Below, one piece after another: positions 36,930 to 48,449 of a DNA stretch of 64,000 nucleotides (positions are counted from its first letter, which is position 1; the number at the start of each line of letters is the position of its first letter). The notes beneath the pieces are model-generated. The model was not told the origin of the DNA. It worked only from the letters and a program-made list of their open reading frames with translations, and made no database searches. The translations under genes were made by a program, and so were the position numbers. This stretch comes from Dimorphilus gyrociliatus (Eukaryota; Animalia; Annelida), in NCBI GenBank assembly GCA_904063045.1, contig CAJFCJ010000005.1:2309988-2373987 (forward strand), given 5' to 3'.

Positions 36930-38900
36930 ATGGCTGGTTCTTTGCGGATTTACGACAAACCTAGTGAAGAAAAACTTCAAGAAGAAGTTGAAAAGTTTAA
37001 AACAAGCCAATATTTTTATGGTAAAACATACTTTAAAAGAAATTACAATTTCGTCAATGATATTACATTTAGGTTCAATAATTCGGACAATACAGCTAAA
37101 TAATGACAGTGTAACAACCATGACATCAACACTTTTACCTTCACCCTTTCCAAAAGACTTATATGAGAAAGCCTTAAAAGTTCAACAGCCGTTTAACGAA
37201 TTAATGATAAAAGTTGCACATGATAAAGAATTTTTATACGAATGCTTGAAAAAGTAAACATATCAAAGATATAAAAACACTTGAATGTTTAAATTTAATT
37301 TTCATTTTTAGTACAATAGAAGTAGATAGTTTTACAAGACGTTTATGGAATATTGCCAATAAAGTTATTGAAATGGAAACAACACAAGTTGATTATCATT
37401 ATTTTCATATTTTAAAATAAAATTATTAATTAATTCTTTTTTTACAACTCCATAGAAAGTAAGTTTAGGATTGTTCAGATCAGATTATATGATTAATGAA
37501 AAAGATAACGGACTACAATTGGCACAAGTTGAATTTAATACAATCTCCTCGAGTTTTGGAGGTCTAGCTACTCGGATTAGAAAGTGTCATGAACATACTT
37601 TGTACAGATGGAAATTGAATCATTTGGCGAAATGTGTAATTATTTAACAATTTAATAATTCAATTCTACATTTTACAAGTATTTTCGTATTTTTCATTTT
37701 TTACTAACAGTTACCAGAAAATTTGGCAATTCCAACTCTAAGCCAAGGCATAAAAGCAGCATATGATTATTATAATTCTGAAAAGTATGGTTATTTTCTT
37801 TATGCATATATATTAAAATGATTTTTAAACATTAGAGCCGTTGTACTATTTTTGGTTCAAGACACCGAAAGGAATGAATTTGATCAGAGAGCTTTAGAGT
37901 ATGGTGTTATAGAGTTGAATTCTTCAATAGAAATTATCAGAGTATGCTGGCTTGACTTAAAAACTCAAGCAAGGGTTGCGAATGATGGAAAATATTTCTT
38001 GTACGTTTATTAATACACTTAATTTTCACTTGTGAATATAATAATGAAAAAACATCTTTTAAATAGCAAAGATCGGGAAGTTGCGGTTATCTATTTGAGG
38101 GATGGCTATATGCCAGACCAATATAATGAAGAGGTTTATATATTTATTAATTTATTCATGAATGAAATGAAGAAATCTTTTTTAGAATTGGAATATTAGA
38201 TTCGACATGGAGAGATCTCAAGCAGTAAAATGCCCATCTGTTCACCTTCAGTTAGCTGGGACTAAGCGTGTTCAACAGAAATTGGCAGAACCTAATGTAT
38301 TACAAAGATTTATTAAAGACCAAGAAGTTATCGAACAACTAAAGGAAACATTTGTGGGACTTTATAGTTTGGATATTGGAGAAGAGTCGAATAAAATGGT
38401 AGAGATAGCTATTGCATCACCAAATAAGTACGTGTTGAAACCGCAGAGAGAAGGCGGAGGTAAAATACAATTATTAATAAAGAAGCTTTTTGTCACGTTC
38501 TTATTATAAATTCCCCATAGGTAACAACTTTTATGGTGATGAGTTGGTTGCTCAATTACGCAAATTAACGCCAAAAGAGAGGGAAGCCTATATTCTAATG
38601 GAAAGAATATTTCCTCCAACTTTTAATAATTGTCTGGTTAAATTAAATACCACACCTCAATGGCTATCAATGATACATGAATTGGGAATATTTGGCTGTG
38701 CATTGGGGTAAAAAAAAATAAGAGACTATTCAAATACTTTTTTCCTACTTGTTAATTATATCTTTTTTTCGTGTAGAAATGGACAAAATATAATATTAAA
38801 TAATCACGGAGGACATCTATTAAGAACTAAAGCAGAAAAAGTAGATGAAGGTGGCGTTGCCAGTGGACATTCTGGTATAGATTCTCCCCTATTGATTTAA
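36930..38900 (+). CDS. GSS: Glutathione synthetase, about 10 exons
   Basis: LGLFRSDYM, QVEFNTISSSFGG, ERNEFDQR, LQLAGTKRVQQ, YVLKPQREGGG|NNFYG, ELGIFG, GHLLRTK and EGGVASG motifs. ATG at 36930, TAA at 38898-38900. Confidence 0.95.
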
Positions 38901-39783
38901 TCTTTAAACGATTAAAAACTAACTTCGTAGCCAACAATTTAAGCTCACAAACTGTATTAGTTTCATTTTATTCGGGTTATAAAATTATTTTATGAATACA
39001 TCTGAATTTTCTTTATCTACACTTTTATTTTTACAATAATTGCTGGCTTCTTAGCTATTCTATTTCAAAGAGATAAAAGAATTGCAAATCTATGCCTTTT
39101 CAATAGAATTTAATGTCATTTTTCTTTAAGAAATTAAATGCAATCCCCATAATCTACTCCTCTGATTTGGTCTTTTAATGCGTTAAAAAAAGAACAGAAT
39201 AGATAAAAGTCAGACCAAGAATCAGGTCTGCAAACCTTAATTGAGATGCGTAAATTCTTTGCAAAACTTGCTCTTTTCACCTTGATAAAATACTAAAAGT
39301 ATAATTTAAACAAATAGAGAAGATATTAGAAATCAATTAATTACTATTTAAATTATCTATAGACAACTCCTACTTGTGTTTTTCTTTCATTTATCCTCCT
39401 ACGATAACATTCCTCTTCAATAAATGTCTTGAAATTCGCTAAGCGAACAAATTAAGATCCATTTCTGCCCCACCTCTTCTTTTGAAAGTTCCTTCAATGG
39501 ATAGGCTAATAGTTTATTCGAGTGTTATTTCAATAACTTTTAACAAAAAAAAGAACATTTTTATTAATATTATTTTTTTTTATTAAAAAAACTAATACTG
39601 ATTTATATTTAAAGTTATTTATAAAGTTTTATACTTTAAATCATTCTATATCTGTTTTTTTTTTAATGTTTACTCTTTTAAATGTCAAAAGTAAGTAAAG
39701 TTAATTGGGTGGTTCGGAATATTGCGCGATATTTGCGGTTATTTACCAATTATCGCTCACTATTTCATATATACCAAAAGAGT

Positions 39784-41320
39784 ATGTTTTTAAGGAATTG
39801 TGCGCGAATTAACAACCTACAAGTTAAAAATCTTCTTTGTAGAGGATTAAAATCATCAAAAGAACTAAGCAGTCTCAGATTTTTATCGTCCAAATCTGAT
39901 GAAGGTCAGCAGTTTATGATGACATTCTTTCACAAATCGTATTATCGTACTTTCTTAAATATTATCGTATTTCCGTTAGTTTGTATCGAATTGAATTGTT
40001 TTATTTGCTTATGAATTAGGAGCCAAAATCTATGATGCTGTTGTTTGCGGAGGTGGAATGGTAGGAAATGCTGCTGCAGCCGCATTTGGGAAAACAAGCA
40101 TGCTCAATCATCTCAACATTCTCTTACTAGAATCGCAGGCCTACAAACCTACTGAAAAAGTTCAAAATGTATTCTCTAATAGGGTATCAGCGATCAGTCC
40201 GGCTTCCATAGAATTATTGAAGAGTGTAGGAGCTTGGGAAAGAATTGAAAAGACCTCCAGATATCAACCTGTAAAGCGAATGCAAGTTTGGGACTTTGCT
40301 TCAGATTCTACTATAACATTTAATAACCCGAATCCAGAACATAATCTTGCTTTCATAGTAGAGAACGACGTTATTGTCGATGCCTTAGTTGAACAAATAA
40401 AAGAATGTGAGAATGTATCCATGAGGAGTGGAACAAGGGTTGAAAAGTTCGCTATACCATCTAACGAAAGTACTGATCTGGTCGAATTAACTTTAGAGGA
40501 TGGGGAAAAAATCCTAACAAGGCTTTTAATTGGTGCCGACGGCGCTAAATCGCAGATTAGGGAAGAATGTGACTTGCACACAACTGGCTGGGATTATCAT
40601 CAAAGGGCAATTGTTGCGACATTAAAGCTACGTGATCCGACTGATAACAACGTAGCTTGGCAGCGCTTCCTTAAAAATGGTCCTATCGCCATGTTACCCT
40701 TATCCAACGAATATAGTTCTCTAGTCTGGTCAACATCTGTCAGCGAATCCAAAAGATTAATGGAATTGGATGACGACTGCTTCAAGGATGCCATAAATGA
40801 AGCTTTTTGGTCAAATGAGAATAGAGATGACGCTGCTCAAAATTTATTGGAGACCCTAAATCAGATTATTAGCAACCTTGGAGTAAATAAACCAAGCTCT
40901 ACTAGAATTCTTCCACCATCCGTTATAGAAGTCAATCAAAGGGCATCATTTCCTCTTGGCGTTACTCACACGACACATTACGTAAAACCTAGAGTAGCTT
41001 TGATTGGAGATGCCGCCCATAGAATCCATCCTCTCGCCGGACAAGGGGTCAATTTGGGATTTGGCGATGTACGTGTTTTGATTGACCATCTATCAGAAAG
41101 TGTTTACAACGGTAGCGAACTACCAGATTATAAAAGTTTACTAAAGTACGAAACCGATAGGCAGAGGCACGTTTTGCCGACGATTGCTCTAGTTGACTTT
41201 TTAAATAGATTATATAGTACGGATTTTGCTCCTTCTGTTTTGGCAAGAACCTTCGGCTTAACAAGTGTTGAGGCTTTAGAACCAGTGAAAAAACTATTTA
41301 TGGAGCATGCCATGAATTAA
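39784..41320 (+). CDS. COQ6: Ubiquinone biosynthesis monooxygenase COQ6, 2 exons (39784-39904, 40020-41320); possible extra MSK micro-exon at 39682-39690
   Basis: Mitochondrial-type presequence, YDAVVCGGGMVG, NRVSAISPAS, LLIGADG, AWQRFL..GPIAMLPL and ALIGDAAHRIHPLAGQGVNLGFGD. Confidence 0.95.
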
Positions 41321-41380
41321 ATAACAAATAAATAAATCCATTACATATAATCAATTGTTACAAATATTCTTGCGACAGTT

Positions 41381-42054
41381 TTAAATTGTGGTGTTTCTTG
41401 GGCGAAAAGTAGGCCGTATTTCGTATCGTTCTGTATATTATCAAAGCATAAGAAGTAAAAAGAAACTCATTAGAAAGAGACGATAAAAGAATGTTTTTTC
41501 GTTTTAAAAAGCTTATACCTGCTGCAAATATTATAGCAACACTCATTGCCAACAGAAAGGCAGTTAGGACAAACCAAAATATAAGTTTTTGAGGATCAAG
41601 TTTGTCGGCTCTAAACCTTTCAACATCTTCTATACCGTAAATTAACTTTTCCACTACACCAACTTTGTTGCCGAATGGATGAACGTATGTTGAACGCCTC
41701 AATTCGGCCAATTCTTTGAGAGTTTGTTCTGAGAATTTTATTCTATCTTCAGAGCTAGTGGATTTGTCACACTCAATGTTAAATGCTGGATTGTCGTATT
41801 CAGTGACTTTCAACTGCAAAAGAAAAGGGTGTGTAACAGAGAGATAGAGAGAGGAAGAGAGAAATAGAGCTAGAGAAAGAAAGAATGGGAGAAACATAGA
41901 AACTAGAGAGATGAAAATATGATTAAATATCATAATTATATTTTAAAAAAAACATTCAAGCTTGTTAAGTTCAGACTGAAATTCTTATAATTTATTAAAC
42001 CTTGAAATCGTTATTTCTTAAACCGATATCTCCTGCCTCGTCTGCCGAAGTCAT
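41381..42054 (-). CDS. Orphan single-pass (type II-like) membrane protein, copy A (exons 42054-42001, 41813-41519, 41430-41381); alternative first exon possible at 42554-42414
   Basis: Frame-consistent GT-AG junctions; motifs VTEYD, YVHPFG and KLDPQKLIFW, then one TM helix and a short luminal tail ending with the sequon NTT. It has a clear paralog at 47022-47606. Confidence 0.72.
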
Positions 42055-42083
42055 TTTTCATACTGAAAAATGTTTCTGTTATT

Positions 42084-42093
42084 GTGACGTCAC
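42084..42093. promoter_or_regulatory. CRE palindrome GTGACGTCAC upstream of TM gene A
   Basis: Perfect 10-bp palindrome 30 bp upstream of the ATG. Confidence 0.55.
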
Positions 42094-42758
42094 TTGCTTT
42101 TGTTATTGCCAATAATCTTGCGGAATATTTTATGAAGAGGAACGAGAAAGAAGAGAGGAAACGTATCGTTTACAAATAACCAATTAAACTATGTATAGGT
42201 GCGTCTAATTCCAACTCAGGTAGACAAGTTAACAAGGGACGAAAGTAAATTGCGACAGTTGAAAAGTGAAAATTTGCGTATTTGAAGACGATACACGAAT
42301 GATTCTTCGAAATACTATGTATTGCACGAATTGAAAACACCTCTTTATGATTAATAAATGTACATAAATTCTTAATAAATAGGACAAAATATATGATTTA
42401 AAAGTTTACGTACGCTTTGCGGTCTGTGGCCACTTTCCATACTGCTTTCAATATCAGTTTGTTCGGGTGAAGTCATTTCATTCCTGTCTTCTGAACCTGA
42501 TGTGAAAGAGGAGCTCACCCATTCTTTCATTCTTCTCAAAATGCTTTTGGACATGTTTTTGATCGATATCAAACAGCATTAATGGAAGAAAAAATATTAA
42601 AGAAAAAGAACAAGAGAGAGAGAAACAAAACAAGGCCACGCCTATAATTCATTTGTTTATAGATTGAACACGAAATTGATACACGATCTGTCTCAGCAAA
42701 AATCTTCGTGTTTATTAATACAGACAAATAAACCAAGAGGAAATAATTACCTACAAGC

Positions 42759-43286
42759 CTAAAAGTCCGGCTCTGGTTTAGATATAACGTCACTCAGACC
42801 AGAGAATTTTCTGGGTAAAGATTCGATCCATTTCCAGCATTTCTCGAATGTTTCCTGACTGCAAACAGAATCAGCATCTGATCTCCTGATTTCAGGCGAA
42901 CGTTCTACAGGTTTCACACTTTTCGTTCGACTAGCTAACGATTCTTCTGATAATCTTGGACTCGCTTTTGGCGTTAGATTTAAATTGAAAGGTGGAAGAA
43001 AAGCAACGGTCGAATAATCATAACTTTTAGATCTAGGTCTAGGGGGTGGCTCCTTACTCTTCGTAAATGATATTTTCGGTAGACATTTCAGTACGTCTTT
43101 TTCTTTTCCATCATTATGTTCTTTACCATTTCTTCCGTTGGATACCTGCCGAATTATTGGTGGTAGTAGTTTGGAGGTTGGCCAAGAATTCCAGTGATGT
43201 AGTTGTCGAGATTGTTTAGTTTTCGAAGTTGTAATTAGCCCACCGTAGTGCGAACGCAGCTTGTCTTTCTTCGACATAACATACAT
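42759..43286 (-). CDS. Orphan basic Ser/Pro-rich protein, copy A, with C-terminal FEKCWKWIESLPRKFS motif
   Basis: 175-aa single ORF whose C-terminal motif is shared with 47964-48449. Confidence 0.72.
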   Translation of the reverse strand: MYVMSKKDKLRSHYGGLITTSKTKQSRQLHHWNSWPTSKLLPPIIRQVSNGRNGKEHNDGKEKDVLKCLPKISFTKSKEPPPRPRSKSYDYSTVAFLPPFNLNLTPKASPRLSEESLASRTKSVKPVERSPEIRRSDADSVCSQETFEKCWKWIESLPRKFSGLSDVISKPEPDF

Positions 43287-45204
43287 TGGCCAAATATTGG
43301 TGTTATTCGCTTGTTATTCGTCCGCTACTCCTATACCACCAGTGTTTTTTTCCTAATATTTCAAAGTAGAAATGCCAAGTGGTTTTTTGCTATCACAAAA
43401 GGAAACAATATGTAATGAAAGATTAAGAAAAAGAAAATGGCAGTGTGACAATAATCCAATGAAAGGAGGGAAAAGGAGAATCTTAGGAATCGGCAAATCT
43501 ACTCTAGTCAGGTTCGTTAATCCTGTAAACTTTCTCGTAGTGCCAATAAAAAAAGGTGCGATTCATAAGCGGACAAAACCGACAGTGCCGCTGTCATAAG
43601 TGGCAATGTTTGTTTATGTATAATTATCAATCGTTCGTAAACTTTCTTGTAAGCGCTCAAGACCAATCTTACTTGCCAATTTATTTCAAAATAATTACAT
43701 TATGTTATATATGACCATAAGCTCTTTTCTAGATTCTCATTTAATTGCAATAAGTTAGAATAAACTAGTAATAGGCCTATTTTATATGTATTTTTTTGTT
43801 CAAGTGTAATGATTGAGGTAATTCTCTATCTGTCTTTCGCTATTTCACTCTACTCATTCTACGTAAATTTTAGAATTAACTCTGTTCAAGGGTTATTTAT
43901 ATTCATTAGAAAAAAATTGGATTGAATCAATCACTTGAACTAACAGATTCCTCTTATTCAAATTATAATAGGTAAAAAGAAAATGTAGCATTACCACGTT
44001 AGACTTTTAGCTAATTTATATTTGTGCAAACATTTGAAGCTGTTCTACTACCTTTATTGTTTATAAAGAGATTACTGTTTTTTTAAGCCTATACATTATA
44101 TATTTGTTGTTCAAACTATTCAAGAAAAGAAAAAGAAAAATTTTTCCCTTCTCTCTAACCATTCTTCTAATATTCTTGGTAGTCTTGTTTTTACATTCAT
44201 TTTCTTTTTTTAACTCTTTAATTTTAGATTAAAACTTGTATAGGCTTGTAAATGTAAGAGTAAATAAAAAGAGGTCAGTATGGTTTTTATTTTAATTATT
44301 ATCAAGAACATAACAAATAAAATAGAAAGGTAAAAGTGTTCTAAAATTAAGCCTATAGAAATTAATTAATCAATAAAAAATGTTTTAATTATAGAATATT
44401 TAAATAAGTAAGTTAATTTAGTATAAATCCTATAACTTCCTTTATTTTATCAAATGTGGAAAGCAGATAAGGTCAATAGAGTAATAAAAATATTGTTATT
44501 ACACATCATTGAAATGTGTAGGAGTATATAAATACATCTTGCTATACTTTTATATAAAGTCAAAAGTTTCCGAGAAGTATGATAATATTTTATGGAATAG
44601 TTCATTCTTTATTACTTTATTCTAATATCCAATAGGAAACTTCATTCTAATTACTAATATTTTACTTATTAGAAAGATATAAAAGAATAATTAAATGTTC
44701 AAAATTCTAGAAAATTTATAGTGAATAGAACAAAAAAGAAAAAAAGTTCCATGAATAGGCCTATTTACCCGCAATGGATATCTATCATTATTCGTTATTC
44801 AGCCTGCGTCTAATCATCCTCAGTCATTCTAAAGGAAATGAGAAATTTTCTGGTCTCTTTTTGTTAAATGATTTTAAGGTTAGCGGATTTCCGTGTTAAA
44901 TGTTGAACTTTTATCGAACTTAACAAAACAGGGGGGGAGGTAAAGTATATTAGGAATGGGGGGGGGGAGGATGAAAGAACAACTAGGAAAGGCTATTATG
45001 GCTCCACCTAGGCAACGAGTTTTTGAGAGATTATGCGATAAAATACGAGATTTGTGATTTCAGCATGGATATTTACTTGTAAAAAACTCGTTGATATACT
45101 AGCGTACAGTGTAAAAGAATATATCGATTAAATCAACAAATTAAGCAATTACCAACTTCCGTTGATTATATATTTGTCAGCTAAGTCCTACCGTTAATAG
45201 AAAG

Positions 45205-46209
45205 ATGGCCTCTAGTTTTTCCAATTTCTTTTCGAGGGATAAGGTATCGTATTATAGTGTTCTCTTATCTATTTGTAGTGAATAATAAACAACTTAATAT
45301 TTATTATCGCGTTTAGACATTTAAACAAAAGAAGAAAAATATAATCGAAGGAACACTTCGATATGATCTTCATAAACGAGCCAACGCCTCCCTAAATCAA
45401 GGATTCAACTTAAGATCCGTTGTGAAATTGCCAGACAGCGAAGATCTGAATGATTGGATAGCGGTTCATGTCGTCGATTTCTTTAATCGGATAAACGTTA
45501 TATACGGTATTGTAAATGAATATTGCACACCGGAGACGTGTCCTACAATGTCCGGTGGACAAAAATACGAGTATAAATGGTGTGATGGGGTTAAATATAA
45601 GAAACCGACATCCTTGCCAGCACCAACTTATATCTCCTACTTGATGGACTGGGTAGAATCGCAGATAAATAATGAAAATATTTTTCCTGTTGAAGTTGGT
45701 TAGTAAACAGTTTATAACGTGTTCTATTAAATACACAACATGTAGTATAAAATTACGTTCTATATCTATTAATAAAACATTCTATATTCGAATATTTTTT
45801 TATCTTTATTATGTTTTTTTCTATATTTTTCAACAGGTGTGGCTTTCCCTAAAAATTACAATTCAATCGTTAAGAAAATACTAACAAGACTATTCCGTGT
45901 TTTCGTTCACGTATACATACATCATTTTGATGTTTTAACAGATATGGGAGCGGTATGTATCTTTAAAAAAGTTATCTAGTTTATACTTGGGTAAAACATT
46001 CTTTTTATTCTATTTGTACATTTACCTAAACAGGAACCACATATCAATACTTGCTATAAACATTTTTACTATTTCGTTGCCGAATTCAATTTGGTTGAAA
46101 AGAAAGAACTTGAACCTTTGGTATATATACTTCCTTTATTATCAATACCCATTGAATTTTTGACTTTTATCCTGAACAGAAAGAGTTAACATGCCGAATT
46201 TGTAGTTAA
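45205..46209 (+). CDS. MOB3: MOB kinase activator 3, 5 exons
   Basis: [13 protein letters not shown]|[46 protein letters not shown] and [12 protein letters not shown]. The [10 protein letters not shown] motif is MOB3-type. Confidence 0.93.
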
Positions 46210-46657
46210 AATTGGAGAAAAGTGATGGAAAACTTACGAAAAACAAAAGAAAACGAAAATATGAAAGACATTCTGAAATTTACAATCAAATAGATAGAAC
46301 AGGGGATTTAAAAACAAACAAACAAACGCGTAATTGAAATTTGCCAAAACAGAAAAATCATTTCAATATTTCAATAACGGTTCTACAAAATATGAAATTC
46401 TATTTCATATAATTAATTTTATAAGTAAATTGTCGACCAATAGTTGTGTGAACAAGAAACAAGTGTATTTATATATTGATGATGTTTTTCTTGTTTTTTT
46501 TGATAAGCTAAATGTATAAAATTGTATCACTTTCATTACGTTTTGCTATATCTAGTCGGATAAAAAGAAATCAACCGATATTTTTACCTCTTTATTCTCT
46601 TCTTTATCCTCCTCCTTATTCTCTTCCCCTATCTCTTTATCTATAGCCTATATATAA

Positions 46658-46692
<35 letters not shown>

Positions 46693-47021
46693 CTGTATTG
46701 ATATATTTTTAGGTTGAGAGAAATAAAAGAAAGGTGAAAATCTTTTTGTATATATATATATATTTATTTGTATTTTGGCTATGTAAATATTTATATCATT
46801 AATAGGTCTTCTATCAGTTCGAGAATTATTTTTAGAACATTTTATAGCTGTCTAACCACTTTATTTCAATTGAAGGGTAATATAAACACGTGTTATAAAT
46901 TTACTCCGAAACCTTTCTTTTCCAACGTCACTCTTCCCTCTATTAACTTTTAAACAAAGATCGTATCAAGAAGCAAACTACTTCTCTTGCTATTTCCGGT
47001 TTTTGTTTCTTTTTTTTTTTG

Positions 47022-47606
47022 CTAACGTTTGCTCGTACTATTCTTCTTTAGTATAGATATAATGTCGTGGGTTTCTAAAGAAGAGTATAAGACTGACCAT
47101 TACTTTTGATGAATTATCAAACAACAACAACAAGACTTTAATTAATATGTTCTTTTACCTGCACTGAATATTATGACTCCACTAATAGCAACCATAAATA
47201 ACGTCAAAAATAGCCAAAATAGTAATTTTCTTGGATCGATTTTTTCAGCTTTACAGAAAGTTTCATTTGGTCCGTTTAGTAGCGCCTCAATTATATTATC
47301 ATTTGTACCAAAAGGATGAATGAATTTCTTATGTACTTCCCGTCGATCATTAGGTGGTGATGGGTAGTTATATTCGTCCGGAAAATCATATTCTATAACT
47401 TGCCACTGAATTGTTTAGAGGGGGGAAACAGCTTGTTTTTAACCCGTAAAATATAACTAATGCAGATTTAATAATAAACAAACTTGAAATATTGGTTCTT
47501 GTAAGGATGCTTGGTTCAAATTTGCTCCAATACCTGAATCTAAACTTGTAAGTTTTGTCTTATTTACTACGTCTACGTGAGAGTCCTGCTCATTTGCTTC
47601 GTTCAT
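47022..47606 (-). CDS. Orphan single-pass membrane protein, copy B (exons 47606-47484, 47405-47159, 47074-47022); not in ORF track
   Basis: Translates to ...EPIFQ|WQVIEYD..FIHPFG..KIDPRKLLFWLFLTLFMVAISGVIIFSA|ETHDIISILKKNSTSKR*. Intron positions and phases (0, 1) match copy A. Confidence 0.75.
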
Positions 47607-47776
47607 GACGCCGTACTGCTGAGAGTGACAGCTGTTGTCGACGCTATTCCATTGGGAATTGCGAGGTTATCAAGTTAATTTTTACTCGACTCTATATATA
47701 GTATGAATTATTCATGCGACGCTCTTTCTACCCGTTAACGCCACTTTCCAATACACACATTCACAATATTTTCGTA

Positions 47777-47788
47777 TGTGACGTCACA
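47777..47788. promoter_or_regulatory. CRE palindrome TGTGACGTCACA upstream of TM gene B
   Basis: Perfect 12-bp palindrome about 170 bp upstream of the ATG. Confidence 0.55.
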
Positions 47789-47963
47789 ATAATGTAAAAC
47801 ATTTAGAACTGATAAATAATAATGAATCGAATATACATTGTATAAATTTATGACAATATCGCCGACTATTCTATAAATAGGAATAAGAGAGAAAAGAGCC
47901 GAATATAATTCATTTCGGTTTTATTGAGATAAAGCATTTGAAAGTTAGTTCCAAAATGTGAGT

Positions 47964-48449
47964 CTATTCGGCGAGAAGAAAACTATCAGCTGAAGAAAAT
48001 TCTCTCGGTAAAGAATTTATCCATTCGGAACATTTTTTAAAAACATCCTGTTCGGCTATTCGATCTTGATGAACTAAAATTCTTTTCCGGTTCTTAACTT
48101 TAGCCGGTCCAAGATAACGATTCGTTAACGATTCAGCTGATAGTTGAGGGCTCGAATAGCCTTGAAGGTTTCTAACAACACGATTCCCATATCTATAATC
48201 ATTCAATTCGTTAATTAGATTAGTATTCAATATATACGAAGGTGTTAGAAATCGGTTGGGCGTTGTTATTGAACTATTCGAACCAGAATTGATTTTCGGC
48301 AACTTGTTAGAAAAGCCAATTGTCTCCCTTTTCTTTCTTCCTCGATAAATATCGTTGATCGCTTGTGATTTCACAGGCGTTAAATTGTTATTTCTTAACG
48401 TCGATAATCCCTTGTAAATTCTTCTAGGAGATTTATTACTATTTAACAT
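47964..48449 (-). CDS. Orphan basic Ser/Asn-rich protein, copy B, with C-terminal FKKCSEWINSLPREFS motif
   Basis: 161-aa single ORF; paralog of 42759-43286. Confidence 0.72.
   Translation of the reverse strand: MLNSNKSPRRIYKGLSTLRNNNLTPVKSQAINDIYRGRKKRETIGFSNKLPKINSGSNSSITTPNRFLTPSYILNTNLINELNDYRYGNRVVRNLQGYSSPQLSAESLTNRYLGPAKVKNRKRILVHQDRIAEQDVFKKCSEWINSLPREFSSADSFLLAE

Noticed and set aside
39100-39545. Possible small minus-strand gene between GSS and COQ6 (fragments ANFKTFIEEECYRRRINERKTQ|YFIKVKRASFAKNLRISIK)
   Set aside because: Splice-like sites exist, but I could not build a phase-consistent model with a start codon or recognise the protein. RNA-seq would decide.
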